Positions 1-5,420 of a DNA stretch of 64,000 nucleotides are shown one piece after another. The stretch is taken from IMG/VR virus record IMGVR_UViG_3300044632_001218; one strand, written 5' to 3'. The position numbers were made by a program, and so were the translations under genes. This stretch comes from a virus. The notes below the pieces were generated by a model. The model saw nothing but the letters and a program-made list of their open reading frames with translations, made no database searches and was not told the origin of the DNA. Position 1 is the first letter of the stretch. Every line of letters begins with the position of its first letter.

Positions 1-22
1 TCATCAATGATCGACGAGTGAG

Positions 23-95
23 TGATACCATGTGCCACTTGTACTAGTGTCACAATACACTTGACAAATCCCTAAAAACGTGCTATCATACAGGT
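23..95 (+). promoter_or_regulatory. Early-gene cassette copy 1: palindrome TGTGCCAC-N8-GTGTCACA (31-54), -35 TTGACA (61-66), 17-bp spacer, extended -10 TGcTATCAT (84-89)
   Basis: Motifs read directly; the ATG of the next ORF is 6 nt after the -10 box; the element recurs at 645, 1416 and 1700. Confidence 0.85.
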
Positions 96-569
96 ATGGA
101 AAAAAACAAAACATTCTCAAAACTAATTTACAACATCTCAAACCCTAAGTGTGTTGTATTTGATCTAGATGCAACTTTGTGTCATCATGGTGATCAATCA
201 GGGTTTGAAGAATGTGATCAATTCCCTGCTATTGATGCAGTTGTAGATGTTGCAAAGCACTGCAAATCTATGGGATTTGATCTAGTCATTGCTACTGCCA
301 GACCTGATACATTTGCAGATGGTACAGCATATTGGTTGCAGGAACATTTGCCTGAGTTTGATGCACTCTACATGAAAAATGCAGATGATGATGCAACTGG
401 TTCCACTGCTAAAGGTCATCAACTGATGGATATTCTTCGCTTTTGGGATGACATTCAATTCTGGGTTGATGATAGTCCTTTCAATGCAAAAGTCATTGAG
501 GATCATGCTGTAACCTGTATTCGTCCTTCCCACAATGATGCTTTCTGGGCAGATTATGGTGACCAATGA
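96..569 (+). CDS. HAD-superfamily phosphatase, similar to the 3'-phosphatase half of T4 polynucleotide kinase/phosphatase
   Basis: Motif I VVFDLDATL (DxDxT), motif II IATAR, motif III LYMK, motif IV WVDDS. Confidence 0.75.
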   Translation: MEKNKTFSKLIYNISNPKCVVFDLDATLCHHGDQSGFEECDQFPAIDAVVDVAKHCKSMGFDLVIATARPDTFADGTAYWLQEHLPEFDALYMKNADDDATGSTAKGHQLMDILRFWDDIQFWVDDSPFNAKVIEDHAVTCIRPSHNDAFWADYGDQ

Positions 570-644
570 TCCTAAAATGCTAGGCAATGTTCTGGCATTT
601 ATGATTATCCAAATGCACAATGTTGTCTGCCTCCTTTATACTGA

Positions 645-709
645 TGTGCCAGTTGTAGAACCGTCACACGAAATGAGCACAGACCCCAAAAATGTGCTAC
701 CATACTAGT
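645..709 (+). promoter_or_regulatory. Early-gene cassette copy 2: TGTGCCAG-N8-CCGTCACA (645-668), extended -10 TGcTACCAT (698-703), weak -35
   Basis: Aligns with copy 1; ATG at 710 is 6 nt after the -10 box. Confidence 0.75.
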
Positions 710-1186
710 ATGGAAAAACAAAACAACACTCAAACCAACCAAATGATTGCTCTTCAAACTAACATTCAACCTGTTGCCCTTACTGTTGACAACTATCTGA
801 CTGAGGTTAGTGATACTCTGCGCAGTAAGATTGAAGAATTGATGGAAGATTCTTTCCATCTTGATGATATGCTGGACTTCATCAATGAGCATGGCGATGA
901 TAATTTCATCAACTATTATGATGATTATGTTCGCTTTGGTGAGGACAATTCCTATGCTGCTGTTGATGCTTTCATTGAAGAGTTTGGTATTCATGAAGTA
1001 GAAAGGTTTGAGGATGCCTATCATGGAGAATGGGAAACTCCTGAGATCTTTGCTGAAGTCTACTGTGATGACATGGGATATAAAGTTCCTGAGTTTGTTG
1101 TGGTAGATTGGGAAGCAACCTGGGAACAAAATCTCCAATATAATTATGCTTTCAACAATGGATTCGTGTTCATCAAGAACTACTGA
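710..1186 (+). CDS. ardA: ArdA-like antirestriction (DNA-mimic) protein; start placed at ATG 710 rather than 692
   Basis: Very acidic; C-terminal pattern FEDAYHGEWETPEIFAEVYCDDMG..PEFVVVDWEATWEQNL...NGFVF resembles ArdA (Y.GEY.S.EDFA....YFDYEA.ARDL...GYVF); the 692 start lies inside the promoter. Confidence 0.7.
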   Translation: MEKQNNTQTNQMIALQTNIQPVALTVDNYLTEVSDTLRSKIEELMEDSFHLDDMLDFINEHGDDNFINYYDDYVRFGEDNSYAAVDAFIEEFGIHEVERFEDAYHGEWETPEIFAEVYCDDMGYKVPEFVVVDWEATWEQNLQYNYAFNNGFVFIKNY

Positions 1187-1228
1187 ATCACACTCTTTCA
1201 CTAACACTTTTTCACTCCAATTAACATC

Positions 1229-1408
1229 ATGACTGCTACTCTGAACCTGCCTAAAACTGCTGCTATGGTGATGCTTGCAAAGGCACAAACTGGTGATGAT
1301 CTTCTCACTGTACTGGATGCAGTTGTAGATACTCAAGAGGATCAAGTTCCTGTGCCTGATGATGCCTACATCATGGAGAATGATTATGATGATACCATTG
1401 ATTTCTGA
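1229..1408 (+). CDS. Small acidic hypothetical protein, 59 aa (MTATLNLPKTAAMVMLAKAQ...DDTIDF), absent from the ORF track
   Basis: Open frame from ATG 1229 to TGA 1408 filling the gap before the next cassette; G-free leader upstream. Confidence 0.75.
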   Translation: MTATLNLPKTAAMVMLAKAQTGDDLLTVLDAVVDTQEDQVPVPDDAYIMENDYDDTIDF

Positions 1409-1415
1409 TCCTGGG

Positions 1416-1488
1416 TGATACCATGTGCCACTAATTAAAGTGGCACAAACATTTACCAAAACCCCTGAATCCGTGCTATCATACATGT
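1416..1488 (+). promoter_or_regulatory. Early-gene cassette copy 3: perfect palindrome TGTGCCAC-TAATTAAA-GTGGCACA (1424-1447), extended -10 TGcTATCAT (1477-1482)
   Basis: Read directly; ATG 1489 is 6 nt after the -10 box. Confidence 0.85.
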
Positions 1489-1698
1489 ATGATGAATGAG
1501 AAAAGCAACCAAATGCAAGTTTATGTGGTGATCGGTGGGCATGATTATGAAGGAGAATCTTTTGATTCTCTGAAAATGTTTGATTGCAAGTCTGCTGCTG
1601 AAGCATACAAGAATCACCTGGAAGTTGAGTGGAGTTATGATTATGTTCTGATGCGTGAGCAAGATGTAATCATGGAGTCTGCTATTGCTGCTGCCTAA
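1489..1698 (+). CDS. Small hypothetical early protein (69 aa)
   Basis: ORF directly behind cassette 3. Confidence 0.75.
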   Translation: MMNEKSNQMQVYVVIGGHDYEGESFDSLKMFDCKSAAEAYKNHLEVEWSYDYVLMREQDVIMESAIAAA

Positions 1699-1699
1699 A

Positions 1700-1772
1700 T
1701 GATACCATGTGCCACTTGTAGAACTGGCACAAACATTTACCGAAAACCCTGAATCCGTGCTATCATACATGT
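1700..1772 (+). promoter_or_regulatory. Early-gene cassette copy 4: TGTGCCAC-N8-CTGGCACA (1708-1731), extended -10 TGcTATCAT (1761-1766)
   Basis: Near-identical to copy 3; ATG 1773 is 6 nt after the -10 box. Confidence 0.85.
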
Positions 1773-2066
1773 ATGATGAATGAAACCAAAGCAATGACCC
1801 AGCAAACTTATAATGGTTGGGCAAATTATGAAACCTGGAATGTATCTCTGTGGATGCAGAATAATGCCTTCCTGTATAACACTGCTGTTGCATGTGTAGA
1901 GTATCACAATGTTAATGAAGAATCACCTTACATCAAGTTCATTAGGTGCATGGACAATTGTGATAAGATTGCCACTGCTGATGATGTTAGGTGGGATTCT
2001 TTGGCAGTAGATCATGATGAGATCAATGCAATGATGTTTGAGATTCATGAAGGAGGAGAAGTTTGA
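1773..2066 (+). CDS. Conserved phage hypothetical protein (YNGWANYETWNVSLW family)
   Basis: The YNGW.NYETWN motif is common in phage early genes; ORF follows cassette 4. Confidence 0.75.
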   Translation: MMNETKAMTQQTYNGWANYETWNVSLWMQNNAFLYNTAVACVEYHNVNEESPYIKFIRCMDNCDKIATADDVRWDSLAVDHDEINAMMFEIHEGGEV

Positions 2067-2191
2067 TGACCATTAAATACACGTTCGACATTCAAACCAA
2101 ACAACCTGTGTATGCTGTCTTCAGGCAAGATGTTTGTATTCTCCTGACCACATCTATCACCACTGCTATCAATAAGATCCAACAAAAATGA
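2066..2191 (+). CDS. Small hypothetical protein, 41 aa (MTIKYTFDIQTKQPVYAVF...), absent from the ORF track
   Basis: TGATG overlap with the upstream stop and ATGA overlap with the downstream start (translational coupling). Confidence 0.6.
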   Translation: MTIKYTFDIQTKQPVYAVFRQDVCILLTTSITTAINKIQQK

Positions 2192-2385
2192 AGTACAAAG
2201 TTACACAAATTGAGTTTGATTTTGATGATGATGAAGAGTTCACGCAGCATCATTATGATAACATCACTGCTGATACATTGAGTACAGTATGGGATGCAGA
2301 TGATGAAGATGATCTAGTTGAAGAGATTACATGTGCAACTGGTTGGTGTATTAAATCCATTGATTATGTTCATGTCCTGAATTAG
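2188..2385 (+). CDS. Small acidic hypothetical protein (65 aa)
   Basis: Coupled ORF; phage early-gene-like sequence (ITCATGWCIKSIDY). Confidence 0.75.
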   Translation: MKYKVTQIEFDFDDDEEFTQHHYDNITADTLSTVWDADDEDDLVEEITCATGWCIKSIDYVHVLN

Positions 2386-2389
2386 AATT

Positions 2390-2542
2390 ATGTTGGAAAC
2401 AAAGACCTGGGTTGTTAAGTTGGAGATCATGATTGATGCTAACAGTCATCCTAGAAAGTTCATTCCTGAAACTATTAGTGAAGCACTGAACTTTGAGATG
2501 GGTGAAGATCTGACACACTATGAGTTTATCTGTTTAGATTAG
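2390..2542 (+). CDS. Small hypothetical protein, 50 aa (MLETKTWVVKLEIMIDANSHPRKFIPE...), absent from the ORF track
   Basis: Open frame exactly filling the gap between 2385 and 2544. Confidence 0.65.
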   Translation: MLETKTWVVKLEIMIDANSHPRKFIPETISEALNFEMGEDLTHYEFICLD

Positions 2543-2543
2543 A

Positions 2544-2774
2544 ATGAAGGAGAACAAAGTGTTTCAACTTGAGTTATGCCAAGAGGATGCTAATCGTATT
2601 CTCAAAGGTGTATGGGAGTTGCGGATACATGAGTATAACAAAGCAAGGCAAGAAGATCCCAATGGTGAACAGGAAAGTGCCTGGATTGAGTATGATTATG
2701 TGACAGCACTGTGGGGAGAGTTAGATGAGAAGTTTTCCACAGTTTATGATAGTTTTCCACAGAAAGTGTGTTGA
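2544..2774 (+). CDS. Small hypothetical protein (76 aa); 3' end overlaps the first two DnaA boxes
   Basis: ORF track; last gene of the early cluster. Confidence 0.65.
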   Translation: MKENKVFQLELCQEDANRILKGVWELRIHEYNKARQEDPNGEQESAWIEYDYVTALWGELDEKFSTVYDSFPQKVC

Positions 2775-3115
2775 TTTGTGGATAAATTAAATGTGTTAAT
2801 AAATGTAATAGTGTGATGTGTATTGTTTGTGTTAATTAGTGTATGTACCTGTAAATGTGTCTAGTTGTTGTGATCTTGGCCTCCAGTGTATCACAAACTC
2901 TCTGAAAAGTCAAGCACCCCCAGTCACTCCTAGGACTGGCACATGACCCCTTGACAGTATAGTTTTCCACAGGTCTTAAGTGTGAATCAGTGAGAACACA
3001 GTGCACCACTGGAGTTATAACAAATGACAGTCAATTTGCCTGTGGAAAACTATAGTCAAACCTGTGGAAAACCCTGTGGAAAACTATACAAATTGTGGAA
3101 AAATAGTTTTCCACA
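2733..3115. repeat. Array of nine DnaA-box 9-mers, candidate origin or DnaA-binding locus: TTTTCCACA at 2733(+), 2753(+), 2963(+), 3107(+), 3041(-), 3063(-), 3075(-), 3094(-); TTATCCACA at 2777(-)
   Basis: Each 9-mer read directly; all fit the DnaA consensus TT(A/T)TNCACA; mostly non-coding DNA. Confidence 0.85.
2885..2913 (-). promoter_or_regulatory. Leftward sigma70-type promoter TTGACT-17-TACACT with extended -10 TG
   Basis: Reverse complement of AGTCAA (2908-2913) and AGTGTA (2885-2890); spacer exactly 17 bp. Confidence 0.6.
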
Positions 3116-3162
3116 GGTTATAATATAGTGTGAGAATGTGTGAGAATGGCAGTGTATGTAAC

Positions 3163-3191
3163 TTGACAGTATTTGTGATGTGTGTTATAGT
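3163..3191 (+). promoter_or_regulatory. Rightward sigma70-type promoter TTGACA-17-TATAGT with extended -10 TG
   Basis: TTGACA 3163-3168, TATAGT 3186-3191. Confidence 0.7.
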
Positions 3192-3302
3192 GAATTGGCA
3201 GTTATTTGTGCCCTTGAGGGTTGGTGGGGGGGTGTAATGCGAAAAACCACAACTACCCTAACCTACAGAGGTGACAAACAGCGAGAGCGATATCAAGATG
3301 AA

Positions 3303-3436
3303 TAAAAAAAATTTTCCCCAGGTAAAAAATTTCCTAGACTTTTTTGAGGAATTAGAGTATATTGTGCTTTGCCTGTGTGCCACTCTAAGTATTATTGGAA
3401 CCCATTATATAAAAAAATTTTCCCAGTATAAAAAAT
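3303..3436 (+). repeat. Two copies of TA7-8TTTTCCC(C)AG..TAAAAAAT (3303-3330 and 3410-3436)
   Basis: Direct reading; paired A-tracts about 19-20 bp apart in each copy. Confidence 0.65.
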
Positions 3437-3596
3437 GACATATAGGTTGATTGCAAGAGACAGGGTGTTTTGTGAGGGCACCTTATCAGAATGCCAGAAA
3501 ACACTCACAGGTATATCCCAGATGATTAGTGCAGGTGTTTCTACTGATTTTCAGGTAGAAGAGTTTCTTATAGTAATTGACAATGAAAAAGAATAA
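3435..3596 (+). CDS. Small hypothetical protein, 53 aa (MTYRLIARDRVFCEGTLSECQK...), absent from the ORF track
   Basis: Open frame from ATG 3435 to TAA 3596, overlapping the next start. Confidence 0.55.
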   Translation: MTYRLIARDRVFCEGTLSECQKTLTGISQMISAGVSTDFQVEEFLIVIDNEKE

Positions 3597-3801
3597 GAAG
3601 ACCCTGTGGAGGATTGTGGCAAAGTCCTTGGGGGAAAAGAGTGGAAGTACAGACAAAGAAGCAGACCAAGTTGCTATAGTTCGTTTGGTTATGTTTCTGT
3701 GTATTTTCATAACTAATGCATTTATTGTATACAATGCTCTTAGGACGCACCATTTCCCAAACTATGAAATACAATGTAAGAGGTATCACAATGGAAATTA
3801 A
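3583..3801 (+). CDS. Conserved cyanophage small protein with one hydrophobic segment (LWRIVAKSLGEKSG...DQVAIVRLVMFL)
   Basis: Motif recognised; ATG at 3583. Confidence 0.7.
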   Translation: MKKNKKTLWRIVAKSLGEKSGSTDKEADQVAIVRLVMFLCIFITNAFIVYNALRTHHFPNYEIQCKRYHNGN

Positions 3802-3937
3802 TGAATTATTGGCAAAGGATCAATTGGAGAATGTTACAAAACTTTTAGGTGGCAAACTGACATACTTAGTTTGCAGCGATAAGTATACAGAACACAGGAA
3901 AATTGTAATTGAATATGATGCTAAAAAGAAGCGATAA
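3791..3937 (+). CDS. Small hypothetical protein (48 aa)
   Basis: ATG 3791 overlaps the upstream stop region; C-terminal part of track ORF 3716..3937. Confidence 0.6.
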   Translation: MEINELLAKDQLENVTKLLGGKLTYLVCSDKYTEHRKIVIEYDAKKKR

Positions 3938-4115
3938 GATCATTGAGGCCCGTTTATACTCTCCCCATAAGTGTGAGTATATTTGTGAACGCGAGGATGG
4001 AACCCATTATGCTTATAGAAAATTAGGTGAAGATGAATATTATGAATTACATCCAAATCCTACAGGAGAAACAAGATGGGTGTGGGGACAGAAAATAGAA
4101 TTATTGGAGAATTAA
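3915..4115 (+). CDS. Small hypothetical protein
   Basis: ORF track; overlapping operon arrangement. Confidence 0.6.
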   Translation: MMLKRSDKIIEARLYSPHKCEYICEREDGTHYAYRKLGEDEYYELHPNPTGETRWVWGQKIELLEN

Positions 4116-4117
4116 AA

Positions 4118-4261
4118 ATGAAGTGTAAAGTACAATTGTATGTGGCAGGTAAGATCTTCTATGAGGAAGTCTATGCAAGAGATTATAAAGATGCAAAGGA
4201 AACTGCCCAGGCACGAAATCCAAAGGCAAAGATTATCAGTGTAACTGCAGTATTTGACTAA
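4118..4261 (+). CDS. Conserved cyanophage small protein (MKCKVQLYVAGKIFYEEVYARDYKDAKETAQARNP)
   Basis: Recognised family that usually precedes the glycosyltransferase gene. Confidence 0.75.
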   Translation: MKCKVQLYVAGKIFYEEVYARDYKDAKETAQARNPKAKIISVTAVFD

Positions 4262-4262
4262 T

Positions 4263-4270
4263 AATAAATA
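4263..4270 (+). promoter_or_regulatory. T4-type late promoter (AATAAATA)
   Basis: Matches the NATAAATA gp55 consensus in an intergenic position. Confidence 0.6.
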
Positions 4271-4319
4271 ATGCAGTATCATTGAGTTGATACGTATCAT
4301 CATAACATTTGATAATTTT

Positions 4320-5075
4320 ATGGCAAAAGGATTTACTGTAAAAGCAAAAGCACCTTCAGAAGAACAACAACCCCTGTTTAATAGAGAAGAGTGTTTAGAA
4401 AAGATTAGGGGTAAGACTATTGTATTCTGTCTTCCAGGTCGGGGCGTATCATATATTTTCCTGAAGAACTTCGTGCAACTGTGCTTTGATTTAGTACAGG
4501 CAGGAGCATCTATTCAGATTTCACAAGATTATTCATCAATGGTAAACTTTGCACGTTGTAAAGTTCTTGGTGCTAATGTTCTTGCAGGTCCTGATCAATT
4601 ACCTTGGCAGGGTAAACTTCAATACGACTACCAGTTGTGGATTGATTCTGATATTGTTTTCAACACTGATGCATTCTGGGCATTGGTTCAGATGGACAAG
4701 GATATTGCTGCAGGTTGGTATGCCACAGAGGATGGCAGAACTACCTCAGTTGCACATTGGTTAGAAGAAGAAGACTTTGCCAAGAATGGTGGCGTCATGA
4801 ACCATGAGATGGTAGACACCATTTCCAACAGAAAGAAACCATTCACTGTGGATTACACAGGCTTTGGTTGGGTTCTGGTTAAGCATGGTGTATTTGAGCA
4901 CCCAGACATGAAGTACCCTTGGTTTGCCCCTCAGATGCAGGTCTTTGAGTCTGGCGATGTTCAGGATATGTGTGGTGAGGATGTTTCCTTCTGCTTAGAG
5001 GCAAAGAAGGCAGGTTTTGAAATCTGGTGCAATCCACAGATTCGTGTAGGTCATGAAAAAACAAGAATCATTTAG
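4320..5075 (+). CDS. GT-A-fold (GT2-like) glycosyltransferase conserved in T4-like cyanophages
   Basis: DxD motif LWIDSDIVF, NFAR, GFGWVL, GEDVSFC and VGHEK motifs; ATG 4320. Confidence 0.75.
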   Translation: MAKGFTVKAKAPSEEQQPLFNREECLEKIRGKTIVFCLPGRGVSYIFLKNFVQLCFDLVQAGASIQISQDYSSMVNFARCKVLGANVLAGPDQLPWQGKLQYDYQLWIDSDIVFNTDAFWALVQMDKDIAAGWYATEDGRTTSVAHWLEEEDFAKNGGVMNHEMVDTISNRKKPFTVDYTGFGWVLVKHGVFEHPDMKYPWFAPQMQVFESGDVQDMCGEDVSFCLEAKKAGFEIWCNPQIRVGHEKTRII

Positions 5076-5229
5076 AATTCTTTGTGATGGGAGGGTGCTG
5101 TACCAGTATCTCTCTCAAGAAGAGTTGTGGGAAATTATGGAAGACCTGTCTCAACAGTTTTATGAGACAGGGGTTCCCAATCCAGAGGATCTTGTGGTAG
5201 AATGTGTAGGTGATCTAGAGGAAAATTAA
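5053..5229 (+). CDS. Small acidic hypothetical protein, 58 aa (MKKQESFRILCDGRVLYQYLSQEE...), absent from the ORF track
   Basis: Open frame overlapping the glycosyltransferase stop. Confidence 0.65.
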   Translation: MKKQESFRILCDGRVLYQYLSQEELWEIMEDLSQQFYETGVPNPEDLVVECVGDLEEN

Positions 5230-5231
5230 TT

Positions 5232-5375
5232 ATGGCAAAGCGTCCTTCACTGACTAATAAAGTTGTTATTGAGTCAAAACCTAAGAAGACTCGTCAGGGT
5301 TGTTCTCAAAATACCAAACTCTCTGCCACATCAAGGAATGGTAGGAAGAAGCGTTATAGGGGTCAAGGTAATTGA
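5232..5375 (+). CDS. Small basic protein, 47 aa (MAKRPSLTNK...RNGRKKRYRGQGN), absent from the ORF track
   Basis: Open frame; KKTRQG...KKRYRGQG pattern seen in T4-like cyanophages. Confidence 0.75.
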   Translation: MAKRPSLTNKVVIESKPKKTRQGCSQNTKLSATSRNGRKKRYRGQGN

Positions 5376-5384
5376 TATAGATAG

Positions 5385-5409
5385 AGCAGGAGGAAACTCC
5401 TGCTTTTTT
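5385..5409 (+). terminator. Intrinsic terminator AGCAGGAG-GAAA-CTCCTGCT-TTTTT
   Basis: Perfect 8-bp stem, GAAA tetraloop, U-tract. Confidence 0.9.
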
Positions 5410-5420
5410 ATTAGGTGTTT

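Noticed and set aside
692-709. ORF-track start at 692 (MCYHTS) for the ArdA-like gene
   Set aside because: These codons overlap the -10 box; the other cassettes put the start at ATG 710.
605-1606. 333-aa minus-strand ORF, plus 282..620 and 1453..1893 on the minus strand
   Set aside because: Antisense shadows of + strand genes; their shared peptide (SSYMYDSTDSG..VNVCA...GTWYH) is just the reverse complement of the promoter cassette repeats; no plausible RBS or family motif.
23-1783. Repeat-unique-repeat pattern as a possible CRISPR array
   Set aside because: Intervening segments are 210-700-bp protein-coding genes of unequal length, the repeats contain promoters, and there are no cas genes.
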